A stretch of 64,000 bases of DNA from Callorhinchus milii. Lineage: Eukaryota. Position numbers and translations under genes: made by a program. The notes under the pieces are model-generated. The model did no database searches. It was given only the letters and a program-made list of their open reading frames with translations, and was not told the DNA's origin. Shown piece after piece: positions 1-14,170 of this stretch (position 1 is its first letter; each line of letters opens with the position of its first letter). The stretch is taken from contig NW_024704743.1 in assembly GCF_018977255.1 (NCBI RefSeq), forward strand, positions 57,724,001 to 57,788,000, written 5' to 3'.

Positions 1-3000
1 GTAGCTCCTCCAGCTCAGTTGGCTGTTTACTGGTGGACAATACCACACAATCTTTGTTTTGTTTATAATCCATTGCTGCTCAGCACTCATAATGTGTCTC
101 TTCAGTGTAACATACTGCTGGGGGCAATCATGGTGCTGTCAGCAGGAGTGGGTTAAATTTGGGTCTTATACAGGAAGGTGCATTCGGAGAACTCTTTAAT
201 TATCACTATTCTCTGATCACCAAAATATGTCAGATAGCAACCTAGTAGTATAGCAAGGGAGCTTCCTTAAAAACCGTGAAACATTCCCATTTGAGGCCAT
301 ATGTCACCTCTCACACTGTAATGCAACAAAGCACTTTACTGTAAAGTGTACTGTTAAAAGCCAGGAGTATTTCTGTGTTACTTTACGCTTGTTTACCTGT
401 CAGTCACAACGGCAGACGCACATGAACACACACATACACAACAACAACTTGCACTTATATAGCGTCCTTCATACAGTGTTGTGTCTCAGAGCACATAACA
501 CACACGCGCATGTAGGTGTACATAGCAAGACACATTCACGCACAAGACAGCTCAGATTCCACTATTGTTTAGTGGAGAATAAAGTCAAATGGGAATCTGC
601 GCCAGCGCTATTAAGCTCACCAGGTTATATCTCATTTACCTTTAAGGGACAGAAAGAATCTACTGGACCTGGCTAATTGTGAACATGAAGCAGGCAAACA
701 TGTTGCATGTTTATGATCTGAAGCCCAGTGGGGAATAGCAACCATAAAACAGTCAAGCTTGTCTTATTACTTGATGGTTGGGGGGTAGGGGTTTATAGTA
801 TGTGATGTAAGAATTTCACATCATACACTGCAAACTTCCTTCTGTTATATCATCTGAGCCCTAATATTAATTATTTTCACATACCTGCTCCCATTTATAC
901 ACATACTCTTTATAACTCATAAATGGCAATATTAATTGTAGTTATAAAATGAGTTCACTTAGACTTTACCACATGTGAAGGGCACTACATAAATGCAAGT
1001 TGTTGTTATAAAAATGAAATCTCTCTGCAACGCTGAATGTTCCAGGTTGTAGGATTTTATTTGCTGACATTTATCCTGACTGACAACAATGGGCAGAAAA
1101 AGCATTGACTCATAATTTAGAGTAATAAATCCTTTTCTCATTCTTCTTTGAGTACAATTCAATACATCAATGCTCTTTGATGGTAGAGTGCTCAAAGAGG
1201 CATATAATGGCATCTAATTTGCGGTATTTCATAACTGGATTGCATAAGAATGAATCCCATTAGAATGCCTGGTAACCTCTATGGAAGTGGATCAGTTGGA
1301 GCAAAGTATCCACAGCTGAGTCCTCATTTGTGCGGTTCAGATTCTTATTAAGGAATCTTGTTAAGAAATATTGCACGTAAGATCCAGATATTCCAAGGTT
1401 GGCCTCAACAATGATCTGCCCAATTATCTGACGGAGGAAGTGATTGCTGGATTAAGTGGCATTTTCCCATTCAAGAATTTTCTTTTGTTCAAAAGTTGTT
1501 TTTGATGTATCTTCTTAGATCCGAACAAGAACATAAACTATCTGTATTCAACTATCTATTCAATTTACTTTTAACTCGGGTTTTTCAAGCACAGAGAAAT
1601 AGGAGTAAGTATGCAGATAATTTACTGTATTCACAATATCACAGTCATTAAGCGTTCTGCAAAATATGCATATTTCTGTTGTCAAAAACTATCCTATGCA
1701 GACTGAGAGGCATAGTGTAATTGTGTAGAGATCCATAACCAGATATGACTGCAAGTAAATTTAGTAAGCCTTTTCACTGTGAAAAATCTGTGCAATAATT
1801 CATATTCCTGCTACTGTCAGGCTGTGGCTACCAGAAAAAGACACATAATCTTATTAAGGTGACAAATCGATGCCTAAACAGGACATTTTTGAGAAAATAC
1901 CATTATAAAATGACACCAAGCTGGAGAAATTTACTGATCAGCCTGCTCATTCTCCAAGATTAGTAAATTTATCAACGATCAGAGAATCACCTCTGGATAG
2001 AATGGAGGAACCTTGCTAATGTTCACAGTGGAATTATTAATTCCTCACAAGTCATCTGACCAGAACCAGCAACACATTAATTAACCGTAACATGTGAATT
2101 CACCTTCTGCACCTGTTTAAATCTGCAGCGGTGGAGATCTGACTCCAATGTTTCATCACATCACCTCCAAACCACTACTCAGAGACTACTGGTGTCAGCA
2201 ATTTGTTTATACGACCACTTCAAAAACGAAACAGTGCATTTGGAACAATGCAACAATAATAATAATAATCCTTGCATTTGATATAGCGCCTTATCACATC
2301 GTTGAGATCTAACGTGTTTAATTGCAATATTTACAAAATTACATGTAAACAGCACATCCTGCAGGTACATGGATTCATCTCTTCAGAACGCCCCTCAGAG
2401 TCTGTTCTCAGGTTCCGTCTCAGCTTGTGGTCAAATAAGGTTCCTGAAACCCAACATGGTTCTTTACACATCCTTTTGTGAGTATTGTTTATTAGAACCA
2501 AATGTCTTATCCTTTTGTTTTTTTCTCCTGACTTCCTGAAGATCTCGTTTCTGACATATCTGGGACGAAAAATTGGATCCCAGAGGAAAGATTTATCCAT
2601 AGGAAACATCTCAATTGGCAGTCGACTGCACATCTTAACTCTGATATGAATCCCCTATCTCAGACTTACTTGCTGAAGCCAGACTTCTCCATGATTGCTA
2701 TGTCACAGCTGACAGACATTTGACCTGCAAGTAATGATGTCTCCTATTTTTGGAGCATGAGTAGAAAGTCTCATCTATGCATTTTGCCATTGCTGGTGCT
2801 GCTGGTTTTCACTAGTAATGCAATAATGTTTTCAGTTCCAACATTACGCCTGTCCTTTGTCTAGCTAGAAATCACATCTCCTGTCAGTATCCTTGTAATT
2901 CCTGTCAAGGGGAGATGGGTGATTGGATGAAGTGAATGACTATGAAGCAAGGAATAAACTGAGGAGCAATCCCCTGGGGGTCAAGGTCATACATCAGGGC

Positions 3001-4039
3001 AGAATAGGAGGAGAAAATATCAAAGTGATTGTAGTTTGCCTTGTGTATTTGCACTACTGGCAATATTTTTAAGCACCCATTGTGATTGTAGTTTAGTTCG
3101 CATTAATTCCTGTTGCTCCTATCCCATTCATCTCGCACTAGCCAAATGGCTGCTCCTAACTTTCATGCTGTTTCTACGGCTGCTTCGCTCGTAGCAGAAC
3201 TGCAAAACACCGAGGAGCGGGAACCCTGATTTTTCACATCCCAGTCTAGGTGACATTGAATTGAGGCTATAAAAATAATCCAACATGAACAACATGCCAC
3301 ATGGATAGAAAAACGAAACCTATTTTTTTCAGTAACATTAAAGATTCAGATTTGTTCCTTTTGAAGCTTTCAGTGGACCATAAGAGTTCAAACCCAGTGT
3401 AATTCACAACCACCACATGTATGCCTCACTGGGGGGGGGGAATGGCACAATCCCTGAAGCCACCTCCTCCAGGATATGGTAGTGGGAAACACTCAGCCCT
3501 ATTTATACCCACCTCAGAATATACCGGAATAAACACAGCATAACATGCAACACTGTTGCAACCTCAGAACTCGTCTGTCAGAAACCCAAATGATATATCA
3601 TAGACCAACCCATAACCGAATAACTACAACTAGTCATTTCTCACGAGGACGACAATCACATTATCAATACCTCTAGCCCCGGCCTAACTGATTAATCAAT
3701 GGATCCAACTATTGATAATAGTATGTTTCATTTTGACGATGCAGAATGTACCCGTGAGAGTTTTCTGTTTAGGAACCTTGAAAACACCTCTGTGATCCCC
3801 AAATATTATCTATTAATACTTTGTCTAGTAAAAGGCCTCCAAACAGTTCTCCTCTCTTGCCTCTAGGAGACTGATGGACCATGATATAATTTTCTGTAAG
3901 TCTTAGCTATGAAAGAGGGAACATGGCAGCACTTCTATTTTGAAGCTTTTCATAATTTTGAACACCTTTATCAGCTCCCCTCTCAATCAATCTCGTCTCC
4001 CACAGAAAAAAGCTCCAACCATGAAGTCATGAGGTAGTA

Positions 4040-4392
4040 GGTATTTGATATAGCGTTATCAAGACTTCTCAATGTGCTTCACACGATTTTAAATTGGCTA
4101 CCGCATTCACCTAAAAATACAGTCACTGCACTTCACACAAAGTATTGTACACTCATACAAAATACAGTGACTGTATTTGTAAGCAAATGCAACATCCAAA
4201 TTTTTGCGCAGCAGAAGCCCCAGAACAGCCATGTAGTGAATGACTAATTTTATCTAGGGGGTTATTGGCCAGGACTCCAGAAAAATCTCTATTGTCTTTT
4301 TGAATAGTGCTATAAAATTTTGTTACCTGACCAGGCAGATGGGTGATCAGTTTATTGACTCATCTGAAGAAATGCACCTCTGACAGTGCGCC
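4040..4392 (-). mobile_element. Deu-domain SINE remnant
   Basis: tttgatatagcg...tggccaggac...ttttgaatagtgc...catctgaaga...cacctctgacagtgc. Confidence 0.65.
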
Positions 4393-6330
4393 CCCCCCAC
4401 CCACCTCCCCGCCCCACCAACCCCCCGGTTCCCTCATCTTATCAGCTAGGAGTGTAAAATCAAATAACAAATTATATTTGATTTCACAAATGATAATAAT
4501 TTTGCTGTAGACCAGCAAGACTAGAACACAAGAGGAAGCAAACGTTTGATATTTACACACGAAGCAGTCAAGTGCAGTCAAATACATCTGCTGAACACCA
4601 TTTTGATATGATGTAGCTGTTGAAGCTGCTGTATCGAGCTTTTGTTCAAGGAGTTATTTGTGCGGTGGGATTGTCACTCGATTAAATTTAAAAAAGGAGC
4701 AGCACCTTGTCAATTTTTCCAACGTTTTAGCCAATTAAGTGACCTTCCCTCCCTCCGCAATCCCTTTCAGTTTACACCGTTCGATTCTGCCTGGTCTCAG
4801 GAGGAAAATTGATTTGTCTTCTCATGGGAATTCCAGCTTGTCATCAAATGCACTTTGTTCATGCTAAGATGGCATTTGATTGGCTTTTTTTAAAAAAAGA
4901 AGGCATCTGTGATATCTCAGCCGTTGATCAATGTGCTGTACACACAACACTCCCACAGCAAAGACACTTCAGCACACAAAATATAAAGCTTTAAGCTATC
5001 GCTGTCAGAAATCAAATCCCCGTCTTTATGGTGTTGCAATATATTTATTATCATTGAATCTCTTTTAAAACAGTTGCCTTTTACACCATTACTGAGAGTG
5101 AAACAAATTCTCTGAGATTCGAAGCTTAGTTTTGTGTTTTATTCAATTATTTATAGAATACTGTGAATTGGAAAAATCTCCCATATATGTGACTGGATGT
5201 TGATTGTGAGTGCCTTAGCACATTTCTCTGCTCATATTTTTATAATGTTTAGTATTGCGCATTTACTGAAAGTAATGTTTCTAGATGTTCTTTATATGTA
5301 AATGGTACCACAGGAATATGAGTTGTTATCTAGTGGGGATTATGTGGGCCTTGTCCAAAAAGATGAAAAGAACATTCAGTCCTTCAGGGAGGGGTTTATA
5401 AAAAGCACATACACAGTTTCTCACAGTAACCTTGAGTGGTGGTGGCCTGTACATATCCACACCACACAGATAATGCTGCTTGTTATAAATTGGAACAAGT
5501 AAATATCTGCATTCAAAATCAAGCTTAATCCAAACCTTGGGGAGGGAACAGAAAAAAAAGCCAATCCCCCAAATACTCGAGTATTTTGTTACCTAAGTGG
5601 CAACATAAAGATGCACTGCCTAGCGAAGCACACACACTACTTTTGATCAAGAGGAAATAACAGTTTTAGTTAACTTTTAACCCAGATTTGCCTTGAATTC
5701 AAAGGGAAGCCATTTGTTCATCCATTCTTGTAAAATCTACCCAAAGAAGTAATATTCTTGCATTCTCCTTCATTCTTGTGGGTTCAGTTTTAGTGAATTT
5801 GATTGGAGGTCAGTACAAAACTTCAGAGGCAGATCAATAAAAAGAACTGAATTAAGGAATCCTATATCAGACACTTCATTCACTGAATATTTTATCAGAC
5901 TTTAGATTATATCTCTTGACAAAATAAGACTGGGAACATAAGGATAATTGCCCATGAGAAGAACTTCAGGGCACTTTCAGTGTTCTTCAGTAACCAAATT
6001 CTGAGCATTGTGTACTTAAATGCCAGGGCACTTAGTCAAAGCATTCCCTTTTGTTTATTTTCTGAAGTTCTTTCATGTTTTTCTTGCTGTACAAGGGGAA
6101 TATGGAAATCACAGTGAGTATGTGGAAATCATTACCCCATAGGCTCATAGGTGAGGAATCAATTGGGATGTTTGAAAGGGTGAAAAATAATTTGAAAATA
6201 TGATTATTAAGGGATGTGGAGAAAAGGTGGGCAAGAGGGATTAAAAGTTCTGCCAGGTTCTAGTAAAATGGTGAACAAGTTTGATCTGAATAAATGGTCT
6301 CTTCCTGTTCTGACATGGTAACTAAAAAGT

Positions 6331-6783
6331 AAGTGGGCTCTCCTTGGTGCTGAACTGGCTCCAAGCTAACATGCCTGGCAATGGGATGTTTGGGCGGCTC
6401 GACTCTTGTTAACCCTGCAAGCCAAACCCCTAATGGATAGAGTGGTCCTAACTGGACAAGCAGCAGGAAAGCTTGCCGGACTGCAATATAAATGGCAGGC
6501 TATGTGGTTTTAGCTGGCTAGACTCCAGCTGTACCCCAACACACACTCTGGGGTCCCCAAGTTTTGACTCTTGCTAACCTGTGCCGAATACTTTCCAGAA
6601 TTAGGTAAGCAAGATGCGTCCCTCCAGAGAGAGAGTGTGCACATTATTCCAACAATCTATCTCTGGGATTTCCATGTGTAGGTGGAGATGCATGGAAATC
6701 TCAGCTTGGTTTGGATACTCTTAAGCATGGTGATGGGTTTCTGCATGTGTCAGACCAAACAGTTGGTCCAGCTGACCAAAATA
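6331..6783 (+). repeat. Unclassified interspersed repeat, copy 1; other copies at about 11226-11480 +, 30380-30810 +, 39215-39710 - and 47035-47120 -
   Basis: Shared blocks ttttagctggctagactccag, ccaagccttggctcttgccaacctg, aattaggtaagc, ctctgggatttcc...ggaaatctcag, gatactcttaagc, gctgaccaaaat. Confidence 0.85.
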
Positions 6784-8209
6784 AAGCTGGCACTGGGCTC
6801 CCTTAGATGGGAAAGTGTTCTATTTCCTAGCACAATGAACAGAAATTTCGCCAAACAGCAACAAATTACATTTGTGCAGCACCTTTCACATCAGGAGAAA
6901 ACTCATCATTCACAATACACTTTCCAAGTATCATTATCCGATTTTTTAAATGAAAGAGAATAATGGATATTCAAGAGCGACAGAATGACTGACTGAAACC
7001 TGATCCAAAGCTACATAATTTACAGGGAGAGATTCACGATCTTTGTAACTGTTGTCTGAATCCCATTGGAAGTTTACTACTTGGGCACCTTCCCTCATAT
7101 CCATTATTTTTAATAATGCATTATCTACCGTGAAGCTAGTTACTGCAGATCTATTTTACTTACACTTTTTTTTTGCTAATGTTGGATAGCACAGTGGATG
7201 TAAACATCCAGGGAATGCACATATTGGATGTACAATAGTGTTTCTACTGAAGGAATAGATTCACTCACAGGTAGTTGATTGATATTGTGGAAGAGCCCAG
7301 TCAATGGGTTTTAAACTGAAGATAAACAATAGCTGGGCGTTTGTTAGAATTTGTCCAGGATATAAGACAAGTGACACAGAACTCAGGATTAACATTTGAC
7401 TGTGGGTTTAGAGGGTGTTAATCATGTTTTATTACAATTTTGCTCATAATTTAGTGCTGCCTTTGTTGCTCTATTTGTCGCCTTACTTTCCTTTCAGATG
7501 GACTTTAAAGCTCAGATCCCGTCTGTCTGCCATCTACTATACGTTAAAGATCACATAGTACTTTTCAAAAAGAGAAAGATCTTTTTCCTCCGGTGTCCTG
7601 GCCAACAATAAGTCAAAGCCCTATACATTACAATACTGTATTACAATCACACTGTAAGTTTGAGAGATTTCAACTCCTGTTAAGTTCCAACACTCTTATA
7701 AAACAAGTAAGGCAAATAAAAAGGGTAGAAAAGTGTAAACAAAATATAGGTAAATTAAACATGCTTCAAATGATTGCAGTTATTAATTGAAGCGTGGGTA
7801 GAGTTACAAATCATGTTTATAAAAAAAGTGCAACCATTGCAGAAAACAGTCATAAAGAAAATAATTTTATTGATCGTTATGTAGCACTGTTCATAACTGA
7901 GTGGATTTTCTGTGAATGAATCTTACTGGCCATAATTAGTTATCATACGTTTATAACATTTATAGAAATTACAACATTAAAGTTCATTAGCCAATCAAGC
8001 CTATGGCAGTGCTAACTCATCCGTGGAGATATTCACTTAATCCAAATTTCCTGCTCTTTTCCTGTAGCTTTTGAATAAACTATTGTGGCTTTACCTCAAT
8101 CATTACTTGTCCCAGTTCTATTAATCATGTTGTATTTCCCAGTTTTGTCCAACTCTGGACATTTCTTTTCTGAACTGATGCCTTGGTGGTGGCTTTCTTC
8201 TCTCCCCAG

Positions 8210-8401
8210 GAGAAGTGGTGGACAGCAATCCCTGCAGAGAAGCTATCTACCCTATTCCTATCGCCTGCCAGGTCCCATGCCCAAGAGACTGTGTCCTCAG
8301 CAAGTGGTCTGAATGGGCATCGTGTTCATACACCTGCTCTGGCAAAACCACCGAGGGAAAACAGATGCGTGCCCGCTCCATTCTGGCCTACTCAGGTGAA
8401 G
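8210..8401 (+). CDS. THSD7A: THSD7A coding exon (192 nt): (G)EVVDSNPCREAIYPIPIACQVPCPRDCVLSKWSEWASCSYTCSGKTTEGKQMRARSILAYSGE(G)
   Basis: Acceptor tctccccag, donor G|gtaagg; phase 1 to 1; TSR WSxW motif. Confidence 0.95.
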
Positions 8402-10482
8402 GTAAGGTCAGCGGTCAGTGAAACGGTTCAGCCTTCTCACTTTATTAAAGAAAAGAGCAATGAATTTAGAACCTTTAACATGATTAAAGCAGTGACTTAA
8501 CATCATCCTTGTATCCTCAATTACTTTGCTTCTTAGGAGATATATATGGGTTCCCTTGAGGCAAGCTCCCGTCTGTAATAAGGAATGCCTCTCCAGGGCC
8601 ATAAACAAATATATAGTCATTGCTGTCCTCAGTGTTACAAGGATTCATTAGCTTCATGTCTGTCATGTCATGCACTGCCTTTAAATATACTGACATGTCA
8701 GAGGGGCACTGTAAAAGCAGTGGTGAGTGATTCCACTGCCGTGTTCTCCTGTCGAAACTCATGCTGTCTACTTGGTGGTGATATATCTGTTCCACAAGAG
8801 TCTGTTCAGTTACTATCTGAAGGCAGCAGAGCATGTCATGATATCAGTGGTCATACCTCATTGTCCCTTGGCTGTGTTTAATGTTTCATCGTCCACTGTG
8901 ACTGTTTCAGCAAACAATATGTAGCTACATAAATTCAAAAACATACAGGCAAGTTTAACTTCAGGACACGTCATTAGACTGACTGCAGCCACATAATAAA
9001 AACAGCCGCATGAAGTATGCATGCTAAATTTTTTTTNACAAGGAGTCATTGCTTCCTTGCCCATGAATACAAAATGAATTTGTAAGGGTGTCAGGCTGAC
9101 TCAGTTGGTAGCACTCTCACCTATGAGTTGTGAGCCAATGTTGGGACTTTAAATTCACAATGTATAGGCAATCAAACACAAAAATTGGTATTTTTCATTA
9201 GAAGGGTAATTAAACATGTTAGGTGTGAGGCTTTATGTCAGTCACTCCAATGGACTCCCAACAATATGCACTTCATTGCACTTTTTTTATTATAAGCAAA
9301 AAATAAACAAATGTGTCAACACGGAACATTCCAAATGCTTTGTTTCCTCCCCCACTAACATATGAGCACACATTTGCTTGTGCACATATACGCATGCACA
9401 CTCACTATTTATAATTCTTTTGCGAATATTGTGACTCACAAAGTCACAATAGTCGCAAAAGAATTAAGAATAGTGAATCTTGCAGCTGACTAGATGTGTC
9501 TCTCTGAAGCCCTGCTCTGACCCTGATCTCAATTTCAATTTATGGATTGTGATCAAAGGAGGTGAGCAGCAGGAGTTATCAACCGAGTAGAGTTCAAGAT
9601 TATACTCTCCCTTCTCTTCCCCCTCTCCCTGCTTGGCATCCGACTCTGTCTTTGTAAAGCGCTCCAAGACGTTATCCTACTTGGAAGCTGTTTTTTTAGA
9701 TACACTTTCCCCAGTATAGCAATTGGTGTCTTTACAACATGATTAACAAGTCATAATGGCCATTGAGTGATTAAATTAAATGCTCCAGTGATTCAGGGCC
9801 TGGTTTGTTTTCTTGCCAATAAGAAAAGGTCTTCACTAAGCTGCTGTCACAAAGAAATACAACCTCTTATCCATAGTGAAGATTGGTTGGGGTCAAATTA
9901 TGCTTAAGATTTCATCGTAGAAAATTTCATGTCATTGTGCAACCCATATACTAGAGATAACACAGACAAATGGCATATTATTTTTGCTGACAAATATGCT
10001 GTCACTAACTTCACAGAAACTTTGTGAAGCGCTTTGAGATGTTCTGGATGCTAGAGGTGCTATGTCAAATGTAAGAATTATGATTTTTCAAGTTGAATGC
10101 ATTTCGGAGATGAGAAGTGCTCCTCAGGGCACCTCACCATCAGGTAAAGATTCTTGGAGCTTAAACTGTGCATGAAGGAGGGAGCCCAAGTTATATCATT
10201 CCATCTCATGAGCCCTCAGCTGCATGGAGATTTCATGTCAGACCTGAGATCTTGTGCATCAGTGACACACATGGGGTTCTTTGTTAAAGGTGCAGTTTAT
10301 GCGATGGTGAGCTTTTTCCAGGAGAGAGATAGCTGTAACATTACTACTGTCCAGTCAAGGGATTTTTCTACCCATTGATTATCGTGTTTTCAGAGGCCCA
10401 ATATTATCTCAGCGTAAGAAGTCTCAGGAGTCTTCTGCAGACTGACTCATTCTGTTACTAATTCTTGTGCTCTGCTTTGCAG

Positions 10483-10717
10483 GTGGAGTTCAGTGCCCGA
10501 ACAGCAGTGCCTTGCAGGAAGTGCGTAGCTGTAATGAGCATCCGTGCACTGTCTATCACTGGCAGAACGGTCCTTGGGGCCCCTGTATCGAGGATTCATC
10601 TGTGTCTACTCTTAATTCCACCACCAGCTGGAGCAGAGAGGCAACCTGTGCTGTGGGAATGCAAACTAGAAAGGTCATTTGCGTGAGAGTCAACGTGGGA
10701 CAAGTTGGACCAAAAAA
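10483..10717 (+). CDS. THSD7A: THSD7A coding exon (235 nt): GVQCPNSSALQEVRSCNEHPC...VRVNVGQVGPK(K)
   Basis: Acceptor tgctttgcag, donor AA|gtaaag; phase 1 to 2. Confidence 0.96.
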
Positions 10718-12869
10718 GTAAAGGCTGAGTAATTGTTCAATCAGACTGGAATAATATTTGCTAATTGAAGTCATGTCTGGAAGCATCCGAGTCAGGTGTT
10801 TACATGGCAATGATAAAATTATAATTGGCCCTGAGATCCAGTTTCAAAAAGTTTTCCAGGTGTTGGCATGCTATCACTCAGAATTGTCTTTAATTTATTG
10901 CACTCTTAAATTGTGCAATTTCTCAATGGATTCTTTTTAAAACAAAATCCTGTCAGAATTCCTATTGACCTGTGGGTATTCTCGTCTGGACCAGAGTTGG
11001 TCCTGTTGGTTGCAATGAGGTACTTCTGGCCACCAGGAGGAGTTTCATTTGTATGTCTCAGATCCTATTGCAGTGGGACATTGCAGTGTGCCCGCAAAAT
11101 ACACACATCCACTCCACATTATATGGAGTAAAATGTATGAAGCACTCTGAGAGATCTTGGTGATGTGATAAAGCACTATGTCAAATGCAGTAATTATTAA
11201 TATTAAGAAAGTCAATAAGTCACCCCAAGCTAAGTGGTTTTAGCTGGTTAGACTCCAGCAATATCCCACCGCACACCCTGGGGACTGCAAGCCTTGGCTC
11301 TTGCCAACTTCAGCCTAATACGTTCCAAAATTAGATAAGCAGGACGTACATACCATTCCAACAATCTGTCTCTGAAAATTCTATATGCAGGTGGGATACG
11401 TGGAATTCTCAGTATGGTTTTGATACTCTTAAGCGGTGGTATTGGTTTCTACGTATGTTAGACACCTGGCTGACCAAACAATAGTGTAGTAACTGCAATT
11501 GTAGTCAAACACAGCAGCCAATATACACATGGCAATGCCCCACAAATAGCCATTAAGTGAATGGCCAATTTTATCTAAAGGATTTTTGGCCTAATGAATA
11601 GGAGAGAAATTTCCTTCTCTTTTCAAATAGTACTGTTGGATCTTTAACTGACAGAAGAAAACATCAGTTTACTATCTCAAAACATCAGTTTACCATCTCA
11701 TCTGTGCCTTTTGTCACCTCCCCCTTCTCCCCTAGTGGGGTTTAAACCCGCCACTGTACAGCACTCTGGAATACTATCCTGAGTGAATACAACTTCACCT
11801 ACAAATAAAACCACTGCCCTTCAGAGTAATTCCTGTGAAGCGCTTTGCATCATATCAACAACAACAACAAAATTACATTTATAGAGTGCCTTTCATGACG
11901 GGAGGACGTCCCAAGGCACTATCAACAATGTGATAAGGTGGTACATCAAATAGAAGGATTATTATTATTATAAGAAAAAATGTTTTAGAAGACACTATAT
12001 AGGGCCTATAATTTACAATACAGAAAAAAACTTATTTCAAATTTAAAAAAAATATGCATACAGCTGGTTCTGAAAAAGAGACTAGGAGAGATATGCTGCC
12101 ATCTAGTGGATGATAGTTAATGCCAGTGATAGTTTTGAAACACCGCAAACTTTACCCTATTAGGTGAAAATATTTTGACACCAACAATCACATGGAAAGA
12201 GAGAGAAAAACCTGACTTATTTTTTACCTTGTGGTCATAGGACTGTGCTTTAATAAGGATACCTGAGAGAACTGAGTTGCTGGATCAGAACCCACATGTG
12301 GTCACTCAAAGTTCATGTTAATACCGTTCGTGCAGACTTATTCCTTTAATGAGTCTGTTGCATTGCGCTTTTAAGACTGATTTACACCTCATTAAGTAGG
12401 TTATTGAGAATCATAATGAAGAAAGTCAGAAATGCAAACTGAGATTATTAAATCTGTTTTTGTCGAGATGATTGGGAGACTGTGAGTCTTTCCCTTGAGT
12501 ATTGTTTTATTAATCTTAAATTATAGGCATTCTTGAAAAATACATGAGGGACAGACCACTATAGTTTTTTTTTCCCCTCTCATTTTATTTTCCTCAGCTT
12601 TTTTACCAAGAAAAAAATGATCTTTTCCCTCAGTCCTTCCTCTGGTCCTAATTAGAGAAGTTATGATGTGATGTGTTCTGACAGTTCAGTAATTTAATCC
12701 AAATCATTAAATCTAAAAGGATTATTTATTCATAATCGCCCTATTTCAGAAAGTAGTTCTTTTTCATGCAAAATTAACCCTTTGTTTTAAGTGTAGCTCA
12801 ATTGTTCTGGATACTTGCAGGTTTGCCGAATCTAATGTTACCAACATATTGGGTAAAATTTCACCTGGG

Positions 12870-13210
12870 TGAGAGTGGGCAGGTTGGTAGGGACTCAGGA
12901 GGTCAGAGAGGTAGGAGGGGGAAAGGCCATGGATGGCCTTGAAAAGTGAGGACGAGGATCTTGAATTTGATCCTCTGGGGGTTGGGGAGCCAGTGGAGTC
13001 GGGCGAGGGTGGGGGTGATGGGGTTGCGGAGCCTGGTGCGCGAGAGTACACGATCTGCAGAGTTTTGGATGATCTGCAGCCTGTGAAGGGAAGAGTTGGG
13101 AAGGCTGGTGAGGAGGGAGTTCCCGTAGTCGAGCCTTGATGTGAAGAATGCGTGGGTGAGAATTTTGGCAGCCTGAGGGTGAGGCAGTGGCAGAGTCTGG
13201 CAATGTTGCT
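12870..13210 (-). mobile_element. L2 LINE ORF2 fragment
   Basis: Highly similar to 20340-20665 (FKAIHGLSPSYLSDLLSPY; LHWLP), with indels. Confidence 0.85.
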
Positions 13211-13479
13211 TTAAATTTTATAAATCCCCCACAGAAAGAAAGATTCACTTCAACAGATAAAAGTGAATTCCGATTTCAGTTTCATCTTCCACTCATGCAA
13301 TGAATTTTTTCTTAAAATCTTTTTAGCATTTTGTTTTCTGTTACATTTCTGCTTGTTTATCTGCTAATAAATCGGAACCGATAAAACAAAAATCACTAAT
13401 TAGTTAAAGGTTAATACGGATTTGCAGATTGTTTCATTTATGTGAAAGAGGTCTTAATTACAATTATTCATTGTTAATA

Positions 13480-14170
13480 ATATTCCCTATATTTGGTATA
13501 GCGCCTTTCACTTTGGGAGGACATCTCAAAGTGCTTTTGTACTGCATTGACTGTATTTTATAGACAATTACAGCAGCCCATATGCACACATCAATGTCCC
13601 ATAAACAGCCACAGTGAATGATCCATTTTATTGGGGGATTGTTGTCTACTAAATTGGGAGAAATTCCCTTCTCTAGTAGTGCCAATTGGACTTTTAAGTC
13701 CACTTCCAGGCTATCCTTCCTCACCAAGGTGCTGAAGAGACAGAAGGGATCTTGGTCTATCATCTCATCCAAAAGATGGCACCTCCTTTCAGCAATGCAG
13801 TGCACCCACAGCACTGCATTGTGAGTTACGTAGAAGAGGTATTAAAGGATATGGTGAAAAGTGCGAGGAATTGGAATTAAAAGATCTGCCAAAATCTAAT
13901 AAACTGGTGGAACAGACTTAATGGGTTGAAAGGACTCCTCATGTTCCTATTTGTCTATGTTCCTATGTATATTATTATTATTATATAGTTGGCAATTGTT
14001 CACAGGATAGTTTAACATCTCATCCAAAGGAAGGCAATTCCAACAATCAACACATCCCCAGCACTGTATTGGAGTTTTAGCCAAGATTATATGAGTTCAA
14101 AGTCTTGACATGGGGTTTGGACCCATGCCCTTCTGGCTCAGAGAATGCTACAACTGAGCCAGGCTGACAT
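13480..14170 (-). mobile_element. Deu-SINE fragments (about 13480-13825 and 14000-14170) around a CR1 3' end (about 13830-13970, +)
   Basis: Deu motifs catctcatccaaaagatggcacct and gggtttggacccatg...caactgagcca; CR1 tail ttcctatttgtctatgttcctatg. Confidence 0.65.

Noticed and set aside
3420..3780. Possible Penelope/GIY-YIG remnant
   Set aside because: The resemblance is vague, with no intact motif or frame I can support.
1..8209. Additional upstream THSD7A exon
   Set aside because: I found no Cys/Trp TSR-like frame with splice sites, so the preceding exon probably lies before the window.
9037..9037. Ambiguous base n (another at 46188)
   Set aside because: Both follow poly-T runs, so they are sequencing or assembly ambiguity rather than biology.
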